DNA from: a virus
Lineage: Duplodnaviria > Heunggongvirae > Uroviricota > Caudoviricetes
Length of the DNA stretch: 64,000 nucleotides
IMG/VR virus record: IMGVR_UViG_3300043395_001986
Coordinates: 45,308 to 109,307 of that record
Strand: one strand, 5' to 3'
Shown one piece after another: positions 30,221 through 39,520 of this stretch. The translations under genes and the position numbers were made by a program. Positions within the stretch are counted from its first letter, which is position 1. Each line of letters opens with the position of its first letter. The notes under the pieces are model-generated. The model was not told the DNA's origin, did not search any database, and saw only the letters and a list, made by a program, of their open reading frames with translations.

Positions 30221-30933
30221 TGGAAAACTTTTTTGAAAAAGGATATCATATTGGTAGTATCTACGATATATTAAATGATTCGGAAATAGAACAATTAAAA
30301 GAAATAAAAAATAAAGTTATAGAACAAAGTAAAGATGATAATAATATATCCGGTAGATACGACCATTCGGGTGGAAATTATGAATCAAATAGAGTTACGA
30401 TTGATGAATTAAAACAAAGAGATATAGAAGTTTTTGATAATGATTATACAATTTATCAAAGATGGAGAGAAATAGAAGGCATATATGACCAAACTATTCA
30501 AGAAGAAATAAACAGATTAACTTTCAAATTATTAAATCATTTATATTCGGAATATGAATTTGAAGAATCTGATTTAAATTTAGGAGGACCATTTACTTTA
30601 TATGTAGAAGGTGATATGCAAAATCCACATAGAGATGGTAACGGAGGAAATATATTATGTGCAGTTTTAATTTATTTAAGTAATCCAGAAGATTGGAAAG
30701 AAGAAAATGGTGGAATGTTATATATAAGAAATAAAGGTGAGGATAAAATGGCAATAGAACCTGTATTTGGAAATTATGTTGTATTGGATATGTTAAAGAA
30801 TGATGTAGAGCATGGGGTATCGCATGTAAATGGAGATTTTAAAAGATACGCATCAATACATTTTCCATCGGTATATGAAACAAGCCAAAAATATAAAAAA
30901 TTTATAGAAAACAAAGTTATAATAAAAAAATAA
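30220..30933 (+). CDS. 2OG-Fe(II) oxygenase, tandem paralog
   Basis: HRD, IYLS..W...GGML, HGV, KRY; ATG at 30220 overlaps the upstream stop. Confidence 0.85.
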   Translation: MENFFEKGYHIGSIYDILNDSEIEQLKEIKNKVIEQSKDDNNISGRYDHSGGNYESNRVTIDELKQRDIEVFDNDYTIYQRWREIEGIYDQTIQEEINRLTFKLLNHLYSEYEFEESDLNLGGPFTLYVEGDMQNPHRDGNGGNILCAVLIYLSNPEDWKEENGGMLYIRNKGEDKMAIEPVFGNYVVLDMLKNDVEHGVSHVNGDFKRYASIHFPSVYETSQKYKKFIENKVIIKK

Positions 30934-30934
30934 T

Positions 30935-31912
30935 ATGATAAACAAAGATTCAAAAATCCTAATAACAGGTGGTTCCGGATTAGTAGGACAAAATTTAACC
31001 AACAGATTATACAGAGAAGGTTATACAAATTTAAGAGTTAATTTACACAGAAGAGGTGTAAGAAAAAAATTAGATGGAGTTGAGTACACTCACTTAAATT
31101 TAAAAGACCATAATGAATGTTTAGAAGCAACAAAAGGAATTGATGTTGTATTCCATTGCGCAGCAAGTACATCAAACGCAGTTGATACTGTCGTTGACCC
31201 ATTGGCACATGTTACACCAAATGTGGCAATGAATAATTTCTTAATTGATGCTAGTTGGAGAAACAAAGTTCAACATTACATCTTCTTATCATCTAATACA
31301 GTCTATCCACCAAAAGGAGATACACCGGTAGTTGAAACGGATTTCTTATTTGATGAACCATATCCTGTATATTTTCCAGTAGGTTGGATGAAAAGATATG
31401 CAGAAGTTCAATGTGAATTATATGCAAAGTATTTGCCTGAAAAAATGAAATGTACAATTATTAGACCTGCAAACTTATATGGGCCACATGATAAATATGA
31501 TTTCAATAAATGTCACGTTACTCCTGCAACAATCCGTAAAGTAGCTGATAAGATGAATCCTATTCCAATTTGGGGTGATGGTAGTGAATTGAGAGATTTA
31601 TTATATATTGAAGATTTTGTAGAAGCATTACAAATAGTAATGGAAAAAGAAACTGAAGATTTTCAAGTTTATAATATTGGTTCTAACCGAGTTTATTCTG
31701 TATTAGAAGTATTGGAAGCAATGAAAAGAATTGCAAACTTTGATGCACCAACCGAATTTATTAAAGGAAAACCATCAATGATTCCAACTCGTAAAATTGA
31801 TTCATTTAAGATTTATGATAATTTGGGATGGCAAGCAACTACTAAATTAGAAGATGGTTTAGCAAACGCATATGAATGGTATTTAGAAAATAAAGAAGAA
31901 TTTAAAAATTAA
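30935..31912 (+). CDS. NAD(P)-dependent epimerase/reductase (GDP-fucose synthase-like)
   Basis: ITGGSGLVG, RPANLYGPHD, WGDGSELRDLLYIED. Confidence 0.85.
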   Translation: MINKDSKILITGGSGLVGQNLTNRLYREGYTNLRVNLHRRGVRKKLDGVEYTHLNLKDHNECLEATKGIDVVFHCAASTSNAVDTVVDPLAHVTPNVAMNNFLIDASWRNKVQHYIFLSSNTVYPPKGDTPVVETDFLFDEPYPVYFPVGWMKRYAEVQCELYAKYLPEKMKCTIIRPANLYGPHDKYDFNKCHVTPATIRKVADKMNPIPIWGDGSELRDLLYIEDFVEALQIVMEKETEDFQVYNIGSNRVYSVLEVLEAMKRIANFDAPTEFIKGKPSMIPTRKIDSFKIYDNLGWQATTKLEDGLANAYEWYLENKEEFKN

Positions 31913-31915
31913 GTT

Positions 31916-32461
31916 ATGAGCTCACCAGAATATACTCCATATAAAGATGCATTAACAAATGCAATGACGGAATTGGCAAAAAAAGATGATATCGTTTTTA
32001 TTGGACAACAAATAGTTTATCCAGGCAATCCTATGAGTACAACATTGGGTAATGTATCTAAAGACCTAATGATTGAAGTTCCTGTTATGGAAGAATCACA
32101 AATGGGTATGAGTTTAGGAATGGCGATGGCAGGTAAATTTGTAGTTACATTTTATCCACGTTGGGATTTTATTATTTGTGCAGCAAATCAATTAATAAAT
32201 CATGTTGATAAAATTGGTTTGATGAGTGGCGGAAAATGGAAACCAAATTTATTAATCAGATTAGGCAAGGGTTCTGATAAACCATTAGATCCAGGACATC
32301 AACATAGAGGTAACTATTTTGAAGAGTTTAAATCTATTTGTAAAAATATTGAATTTCACGATTTAAAAACACCTATTGATATTGAATTAGCATACAAATA
32401 TGCAACAAAAGAAGGTGGTATACATGTATTGGTAGAATATCCTGAATTATATTATGCGTAA
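31916..32461 (+). CDS. TPP-dependent E1-beta/transketolase pyrimidine-binding domain protein (short)
   Basis: ALTNAM, EVPVMEESQMGMSLGMAMAG, ANQLINH, GHQH. Confidence 0.8.
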   Translation: MSSPEYTPYKDALTNAMTELAKKDDIVFIGQQIVYPGNPMSTTLGNVSKDLMIEVPVMEESQMGMSLGMAMAGKFVVTFYPRWDFIICAANQLINHVDKIGLMSGGKWKPNLLIRLGKGSDKPLDPGHQHRGNYFEEFKSICKNIEFHDLKTPIDIELAYKYATKEGGIHVLVEYPELYYA

Positions 32462-33797
32462 TTTTGATAGACTTTATTTAGTATATGATAACTGGAACAT
32501 AAATGGATTCATTCCAAATTGTGTTGAAAAGGAAGTGTTTCAAAAAATAGATGAAACAATACACACAATAGGAAATGGATTAGAAAATTTTTTAGGTAGA
32601 GAATTTCCACCAGAAAAATTTAATACATGGACAAACTATTGTGGGTTTAAAAAAACACACCAACAATTAGTAGATTTTGTTCCATATTATTATGCATCAA
32701 CCGGTGCATGTAATCATTGGTTTTATGCAATAGAACCATGGGGGCATTGGTCTTATTCTATTTTTGAATCAAATGTATTTAATAAAATAGATAATAAAAT
32801 AAAGAATAATATAAACAATGGAAATGCTACTTTGATAATTAATTATTCACATGAAGGAAATGTTAGTGATTTTTTCATAGATAGTATAATTAGAAAGTTG
32901 AAAGAAAGACAAATAGATTTACGAAATGTATTGATTATCGTAAATGATTTTGATATTGATAATAAAATAAAAAAATATAAAAGTGAAAGAGGAAGCGGAT
33001 TATTATCCGAAAGATACTTTCCAACATTTTTTAATTTTTCTTGGTATTTACTAAATAGTTCAGAATATTACATTGAAACATCAAAATACATTTTATCAAA
33101 AGATAACATTCAAAAAAAAGATATTAAGTTTTTATCATATAATAAAAATATGTCTCAACATAGAATAATGTATTTGATGGAACAATATGAAAAACTAAAG
33201 GATAATTCTTTAATTAGTTTTGATAAAACATTGTTAAGCAATTTATGTAAAAGATGGTTAGATGAAGAAGCGAGTGATGAAATAAAAGAAAAATATAAAA
33301 ATTTTAAAGAAAGAGAGGTGTTGGATATAACCGATATGAATAATGTTCATGGCTATGGTTGTGATGTGTTAGAGCATTATGATAAAACATTAATTAATAT
33401 TACAACAGAAACTTCATTTTTTGATGAAGCAAATTATATAAGTGAAAAAATTTGGAAACCAATTTGGTATGGGCAACCTTTTATTTTAATCGGAAGACCT
33501 GGTACATTAAAATATCTCCGTTCTTTAGGATTTAAAACATTTGGTTGGTTAATAAATGAAAGATATGATGACATTGAAGATAACGATAAAAGATTTACTT
33601 TATTAATGAATGAAATTGACAGATTAAATTCAATGGATATAGAAGAAATCAAAAACTCAATATCAATAAATTTTTTTGATTTAGAACATAATAGAAAATT
33701 ATTAGAAAAAATTGGAAAAGAACGTGATAGTTATGAGTACAAACTTTATAAAAAAATTAAAAATTATAAAAATGAAAAAGATTTTAATGTATTTTAA
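32454..33797 (+). CDS. TEK-motif protein, paralog 3
   Basis: SYNK...HR, INITTET, ISEKIWKP, QPFILIG, GFKTF, NERYD. Confidence 0.55.
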   Translation: MRNFDRLYLVYDNWNINGFIPNCVEKEVFQKIDETIHTIGNGLENFLGREFPPEKFNTWTNYCGFKKTHQQLVDFVPYYYASTGACNHWFYAIEPWGHWSYSIFESNVFNKIDNKIKNNINNGNATLIINYSHEGNVSDFFIDSIIRKLKERQIDLRNVLIIVNDFDIDNKIKKYKSERGSGLLSERYFPTFFNFSWYLLNSSEYYIETSKYILSKDNIQKKDIKFLSYNKNMSQHRIMYLMEQYEKLKDNSLISFDKTLLSNLCKRWLDEEASDEIKEKYKNFKEREVLDITDMNNVHGYGCDVLEHYDKTLINITTETSFFDEANYISEKIWKPIWYGQPFILIGRPGTLKYLRSLGFKTFGWLINERYDDIEDNDKRFTLLMNEIDRLNSMDIEEIKNSISINFFDLEHNRKLLEKIGKERDSYEYKLYKKIKNYKNEKDFNVF

Positions 33798-33891
33798 AAA
33801 ATTATACAAAGAATATAAATTAAGAAAAGAGTTCAAAAAGAAAATAAAAGAGCTTCGCAAAAGAGACCCATTTATTTATAAGAATATGTAA
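33772..33891 (+). CDS. Small basic protein (39 aa), not in the ORF track
   Basis: MKKILMYFKKLYKEYKLRKEFKKKIKELRKRDPFIYKNM; fills the gap between two genes. Confidence 0.65.
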   Translation: MKKILMYFKKLYKEYKLRKEFKKKIKELRKRDPFIYKNM

Positions 33892-33893
33892 TT

Positions 33894-34688
33894 ATGAATG
33901 TATTTCTTTTTTTAGGGTGTTCTTTTACGTGGGGTGAAGGATTGCAATATTATTCTGAACTACCATCTGTTATATTTCATACACATCATATATTTGATAG
34001 TAGAGAAATAACATACCCACAATATCAATTTATTAAAAAAAATAGATTTGCAAGATTAGTTGCGGATAGATTAAATGGTATAGAAATAGTAACTGCGGTA
34101 AATGGTGGAAATCATACTACAATGACAAATATGCTATTTAGACCAACTGAATTTATACCAGATTACATAAACGGAGACCCTAAAAATTATAGAAAAGAAT
34201 CATTTTTTAATAAAAATGAAATAACACATATTGTAATCCAATTTACAGATGTATATAGAGATAACTTTGAAAGTTGTGGAGCAAGCATCAAATGGAATAG
34301 ACCTGCGCAGCATCAGTACTGCATAGAAAAAGGAATTAGTACAGAAGAATTTGAAAAAGACGGTATCAGATATATTTTAAGAAATTTTAAAAAAGAATTA
34401 GAACCATACATTGAATTAAATGTAAAATTTGCTTTTTTAATGTGGAGACATAAATTTTGGTATGATGTGATATTAGAAGAAGAGTTTGAATTTTTTAAAA
34501 ACAATTTAATAGAAATACAACAGAATAATAATATATGTTATTCAATTGATGGTTTAACAAATACTGGAAAGAAATTTACAATACATTCTGATTTTTGCGA
34601 AAAAGGTTATCAATGTGGTGACGCTCATCTTTCATTAGAAGGGCATAAAATAATTGCAGAAAGTATAATTAAGAAGTTTTCTAATTAA
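33894..34688 (+). CDS. SGNH/GDSL-like hydrolase or acyltransferase
   Basis: GCSFTWG block I and C-terminal DAHLSLEGH. Confidence 0.65.
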   Translation: MNVFLFLGCSFTWGEGLQYYSELPSVIFHTHHIFDSREITYPQYQFIKKNRFARLVADRLNGIEIVTAVNGGNHTTMTNMLFRPTEFIPDYINGDPKNYRKESFFNKNEITHIVIQFTDVYRDNFESCGASIKWNRPAQHQYCIEKGISTEEFEKDGIRYILRNFKKELEPYIELNVKFAFLMWRHKFWYDVILEEEFEFFKNNLIEIQQNNNICYSIDGLTNTGKKFTIHSDFCEKGYQCGDAHLSLEGHKIIAESIIKKFSN

Positions 34689-34705
34689 AATGATATTTAT
34701 CTATA

Positions 34706-37700
34706 ATGAATAATTTATCCAATTTTTTAGTTGAGCAAATTTTAAAAGAAGCAAAAGAAATGCAGCCTGTGGTTGTATATTCTGGTCGTTTTCAACCATT
34801 TCATAGAGGTCACTATGCAGCATACCAAAGATTAGTATCTAAATTTGGAAGTAATAATGTATTTGTTGCATCATCAAACGCACAGGATGATACTAAATCT
34901 CCATTTTCTTTTAAAGATAAAAAAGAGATTGCAAATAAAATGTTTGGAATTCCAACTTCTAAATTTGTACAAGTTAAAAACCCATACGCACCGGAAGAAA
35001 TATTAAGTAAATTTGATAAAAAGAAAACTTATTATGTGGCAGCAGTTGGTGATAAAGATGCAAGTAGATTAAAAGGTAACTATTTTGTAAAATATACAAA
35101 TAGTGGTGAGAAAGAAGGGTATTTGGATAAGGGATATTACTATATCATACCACCTGAACAGGATGTATTAAGTGGAACGGAAGTTAGAAACGCATTTAAA
35201 AAAGGCACCGATAAAGATAAAAAAAAGTTTTTTACAAATGCATTTGGTAAAATGGATAAAGGAATATTTGATTTAGTTAAAAGAAAATTACAAGAAGAAT
35301 TTATACCAGGCGGAAAATCAGAGGGCAAAACATTGGAAGATATTGCAAGAAAATATGCCGGTCAATATTATGATTGGAGAAATGTAATGCAGATTGTAAA
35401 AGAAGAAATGAAAATCGGTATTAAAATTGAAATGGAACACACAACCGATATCAGAATTGCAGCCGAAATTGCAAAAGACCATTTATGGGAAGATTTGCAT
35501 TACTATACTAAACTAAAAAAGGTAGAAGAAGTTGGGATTGGAACAGGTGGTGTTACTGCACTTTACAAAGGTTACCCTGGAAAAGATGAGTTAAGAGCAA
35601 GAATGAAAAAAGTAGCGGATTATAGAAAGAAAACCGATACCGATAAAGAATATTGTTATGACCCAATAAATGAGGCAAGTTCCGATGGAACTGGATATAG
35701 TGAAGAAATTTTAAATCAGACAGTAGAAAATCCTCATACAAAACAAAAAATTAAAGTTAAAACCGCTCTTAATTATTCGGATGCTAAAGATCCAGGAATG
35801 AGAGCAGCCTATAAAGCTGCATTGGCATTAGTACAAAAGAAAGGAGCACAAAAACCAGTAGAACCAAATGGCAAACCAAAAACAGCAAAACAAGAACCAA
35901 CAGGTCAAAAAGGAGCAGAAGCACCAACAACCAAATCAGCTTCTACTGAAAAACCTAAAGCCCCAACAAAAGCCGGTGACCAACAAAAAGATGAACTTCC
36001 GAAGAATGGGGTAGAACAGCCACAAGGTCAAGGTGGAGAAGAACAACCTCAACCAAATATATTTAAACCAAGCTCAAATAAAGCAGAATTAAAACCTTAT
36101 GGTGATGACACTAATTCTAAAATAAAAGTATTCAAAGGAAAATCATCAGGAGAAGAAATTAAAACTCTTTCATTTAAAGGCGGTGGATATTTGTATGGAA
36201 CTATTCATAGAAATACAAAAATGGTTGATGATATTCTTAATCAAGTTAAAGCAACAATACCGGAAGAAAAGTGGAAAGATATTGTATTTGTGGGTGAAGG
36301 TGGTGCAACCGGAGATGATGGTGAGTTAGTATTTCATGATGAAATGGAATACGCAGCACCTAAATTTAAAGAAATTGGTGCATCAATTGATACATTTGAT
36401 GGTGATGAATTGGATGTACATAATCCGGATTCCAATTTATATCAAATGCAACTTAAGGCAACAGGTCTTAGCCACTCACAAGTAAAGGCTGGAAACTGGG
36501 CAAGTATGATTGGACAGGGAGAAGGAACGGATACTATGAGTCCAGATATTTTTTTAGATGATGAAGGAAAAAAATTCTTACAAGATTCTGCCAAAGAAGC
36601 AGGATTTAAGCCAATAGAAAATTGGGAAAATCCAACCGAAGATGATAAAGATACGCTTTATAGATTATCATTTCCAGAAGATAATTCCGATAAAGAAACA
36701 AAAGTAAACGATATTCAGGTTGCATTTAATAAAGCTAGAGACCTTAATTTAATTAAAAAAACAAAAGAATTAGCATCACAGGGTAAGATACCAGTAACAA
36801 TAGCAGGTGATGGGCACGTTGATTTAGTAGGAAGTGGATTGAAAGTAGCAGGAACTTCAATAGACAAAGAGCCTAAATTACAAGATGTACCGGAAGATTT
36901 TAAAAAGCAAGTTGCCACAAAAATAAACGATTTGCAAAAGATGTTTGATGATGATAAGAAAAATGGAGTAAAAAGAGAAGTATATAATTTATGTCAAATT
37001 TCAGTACCTGGAACAAACTTATACTGCGATGATAACAAAAATATAAAAAGAGATGCAATGCCACAATTCAAAGGAAAACCAATTCCAGGAACCCCGGCAG
37101 CTGAAATGGAATTAAATAAAGATGGTGAAGTTGATACTGAACCAATGTTCAAAAAAATGTTAGCAGATAAGGGAATCAAAGTTACAAATGAAGAAGTACC
37201 TGTTGAATCATTAAAAGCAACACAAAACGAATTAGTTGGACAAAAGGTATTGGGTATGGAAGGAGCATTAGAAGAAAATCCAGAAAATCCAAATATAACA
37301 GCACCTATATACGTTTCAAATGATGGATATGTGGTTGATGGACATCATAGATGGGCAGCGGTTACATCTTATAACCTTAAACACCCAGATAAACCAATAC
37401 CAATGAAAGTAATGATTATTGATGATACCATTGATAATATTATTCCAATGGCAAATAAATTTGCAGAGGATATGGGTATTGCAGCAAAATCGGGTTCAGA
37501 TAAAACAAAAACAGAAAGCTATATTTCATTATCGGATTATTTAGTTAAAACTCTTTTAGAAGATATTAAAAATGAAGATATCCTATTAGAAGGTGGTGCA
37601 TATGGACATATGAATCATCCATTTGACATTCAAATGAATCTTACATTTGGAGATTTAAAAAATATTATTAATAATGCATTGGATGGTAATTTGGGTGTAG

Positions 37701-38788
37701 TTAGAGAAAAAACAGATGGTCAAGCCTTAGCAATCAGTTGGAAGAATGGTAGATTAATTGCAGCAAGAAATAAATCACATTTGTCAAATGGTGGTGCAAA
37801 TGCATTAGATGCATCTGCGTTATCTGATAAATTTAGTGGTAGAGGACCTTTAGCTGATGCATATAATTTTGCAATGAAAGATTTGGCAAGTGCAATAAGT
37901 TCATTGGGCGAAAAAGATAGAAAAGCAATATTCAAAGATGGTTCTGCGTTTTGTAATCTAGAAGTAATATATCCTAAAAATGCAAATGTAATTCCATATG
38001 GACAAAACTTATTAGTGTTCCATAATGTAGTTGAATATGATATAAAAGGAAACGCAATTGGTGTGGTAAAGGGTGGTGAAAGTAAATTAGCTAATATGAT
38101 TAAAAAAGTAAATGCTGATGTACAATCAAAATATGTAATACAAGGACCACCTATTACAAAATTACCAAAAGATGAAAAATTGAGTTCTCAAAAAAGTAGA
38201 TTTAATTCTATGTTATCTAAATTACAATCTGAATTTAAACTATCGGATAGTGATGGTGTAGCAGATTACCACTTTGCTTGGTGGATGAAATTTGTAAAAG
38301 ATTCAAAGAAAAAATTATCTCAATTAGAAAAAGAAGGATTAGCAAGAAGATGGGCTTTTGATAACAAATCATTTACAATCAAATCAATCGTTGATGAAGA
38401 TGCTAGAAAATGGGCAGATGGTGTAGATAAAGATGCGAAGGATAAAATTATGAAAGGAAATCTTCGTAAGTTTGAGGATATCTTTTTAGGAGTAGGCGCG
38501 GAAGTTCTTTCATTTATGAGCTCAGTATTAACCGCACAACCAGATAAGGCATTACAATTAATAAAAACATCATTGGATAGTACAATATCACAAATCCGCT
38601 CACAGGGCTCTGCTGAACAAATTAAAAGATTAGAAAAAGAATTATCTAGATTAAATTCAATTGGTGGATTTGATAAATTAGTTCCAAACGAAGGATTGGT
38701 ATTTTTCTACAATGGAAATACATATAAATTAACTGGAACATTTGCTCCTTTAAATCAAATACTAGGAATTTTTAAGTTTGGCAGATAA
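34706..38788 (+). CDS. Multidomain protein: HxGH nucleotidyltransferase, EMEHT domain, TraB/ChaN-like, ParB/Srx-like and ligase-like domains
   Basis: SGRFQPFHRGH; EMEHTTD..AKDHL; YLYGTIH/VFVGEG/ARD/AGDGH; VVDGHHRW; EKTDG...EGLVF..YK. Confidence 0.7.
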   Translation: MNNLSNFLVEQILKEAKEMQPVVVYSGRFQPFHRGHYAAYQRLVSKFGSNNVFVASSNAQDDTKSPFSFKDKKEIANKMFGIPTSKFVQVKNPYAPEEILSKFDKKKTYYVAAVGDKDASRLKGNYFVKYTNSGEKEGYLDKGYYYIIPPEQDVLSGTEVRNAFKKGTDKDKKKFFTNAFGKMDKGIFDLVKRKLQEEFIPGGKSEGKTLEDIARKYAGQYYDWRNVMQIVKEEMKIGIKIEMEHTTDIRIAAEIAKDHLWEDLHYYTKLKKVEEVGIGTGGVTALYKGYPGKDELRARMKKVADYRKKTDTDKEYCYDPINEASSDGTGYSEEILNQTVENPHTKQKIKVKTALNYSDAKDPGMRAAYKAALALVQKKGAQKPVEPNGKPKTAKQEPTGQKGAEAPTTKSASTEKPKAPTKAGDQQKDELPKNGVEQPQGQGGEEQPQPNIFKPSSNKAELKPYGDDTNSKIKVFKGKSSGEEIKTLSFKGGGYLYGTIHRNTKMVDDILNQVKATIPEEKWKDIVFVGEGGATGDDGELVFHDEMEYAAPKFKEIGASIDTFDGDELDVHNPDSNLYQMQLKATGLSHSQVKAGNWASMIGQGEGTDTMSPDIFLDDEGKKFLQDSAKEAGFKPIENWENPTEDDKDTLYRLSFPEDNSDKETKVNDIQVAFNKARDLNLIKKTKELASQGKIPVTIAGDGHVDLVGSGLKVAGTSIDKEPKLQDVPEDFKKQVATKINDLQKMFDDDKKNGVKREVYNLCQISVPGTNLYCDDNKNIKRDAMPQFKGKPIPGTPAAEMELNKDGEVDTEPMFKKMLADKGIKVTNEEVPVESLKATQNELVGQKVLGMEGALEENPENPNITAPIYVSNDGYVVDGHHRWAAVTSYNLKHPDKPIPMKVMIIDDTIDNIIPMANKFAEDMGIAAKSGSDKTKTESYISLSDYLVKTLLEDIKNEDILLEGGAYGHMNHPFDIQMNLTFGDLKNIINNALDGNLGVVREKTDGQALAISWKNGRLIAARNKSHLSNGGANALDASALSDKFSGRGPLADAYNFAMKDLASAISSLGEKDRKAIFKDGSAFCNLEVIYPKNANVIPYGQNLLVFHNVVEYDIKGNAIGVVKGGESKLANMIKKVNADVQSKYVIQGPPITKLPKDEKLSSQKSRFNSMLSKLQSEFKLSDSDGVADYHFAWWMKFVKDSKKKLSQLEKEGLARRWAFDNKSFTIKSIVDEDARKWADGVDKDAKDKIMKGNLRKFEDIFLGVGAEVLSFMSSVLTAQPDKALQLIKTSLDSTISQIRSQGSAEQIKRLEKELSRLNSIGGFDKLVPNEGLVFFYNGNTYKLTGTFAPLNQILGIFKFGR

Positions 38789-38824
38789 TTTATATATTTA
38801 TATATACAAATATAAATTAGTTAT

Positions 38825-39520
38825 ATGGCAAAAAGAAAATCGTTTGATGAAAAGAATAAGCACATTCATAAGTCAAGACAAAAAATTATAGATACTGTCT
38901 ATGGTAGAGCATCGAATACCAAAGATACATTTGGTTGGACACCTGAAGTTGAGAAAAAAAGAGAAGTAGGTGAAAGATGGATAGATAGTGATGGAAAAGA
39001 GTGGGAACAAAAAGATGGATTTAAAATAAGCGTTTCCAAATATGATGATGTTCGTCAATACATAGAATCACTTTCAAATTGTAAAGCAACAGATTGTAAA
39101 ACAATTAAATTAAATTCATATGACCTGAAAATGGTTAGAAGAACAGGATTTTGTTTAGATTGTTTATCAAAAAGAGAAACTGAAATTAGAAGATTAAATC
39201 TATGGAAAGAATATGAAGATTGGAAAATATCCCAAAATGAAATAGGATATTTTAATGATGTTCTAAATAAGTTAGAGCAGGCATATAAAGATGCCAAACA
39301 AACTACTGAAATTGTAAATGAAGATGGAACATTTGAGAAATGGAATTTTGAAGGAAATATCGAAGATTTGAAAAAAACAATTTTAGATGATATTGAAAAA
39401 GTTAATAATTTACTAACCGACTTGAGAAATTTGAGGGATGCAAGTTGGGAAAAAATAAAAGATTTATATATTCCTCTATTTATAGAAAACAATTATTATG
39501 AAAAAACTATTGAACATTAA
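38825..39520 (+). CDS. Hypothetical protein with Cys pairs and a coiled coil
   Basis: CKATDC, CLDC; ATATTTATA at 38794-38802. Confidence 0.65.
   Translation: MAKRKSFDEKNKHIHKSRQKIIDTVYGRASNTKDTFGWTPEVEKKREVGERWIDSDGKEWEQKDGFKISVSKYDDVRQYIESLSNCKATDCKTIKLNSYDLKMVRRTGFCLDCLSKRETEIRRLNLWKEYEDWKISQNEIGYFNDVLNKLEQAYKDAKQTTEIVNEDGTFEKWNFEGNIEDLKKTILDDIEKVNNLLTDLRNLRDASWEKIKDLYIPLFIENNYYEKTIEH

Noticed and set aside
25135-32461. Pyruvate dehydrogenase as an auxiliary metabolic gene
   Set aside because: Subunits are short and separated, no E2/E3 is present in the window, and the context is nucleotide-sugar synthesis
14055-34688. Bacterial O-antigen/capsule locus (host contamination or prophage flank)
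   Set aside because: No flippase, polymerase, transporter or other membrane proteins; same strand, tight packing and ACNGT/GATC avoidance as the phage genes
38825-39520. Terminase small subunit
   Set aside because: Only its position near terL suggests this; no recognisable motif
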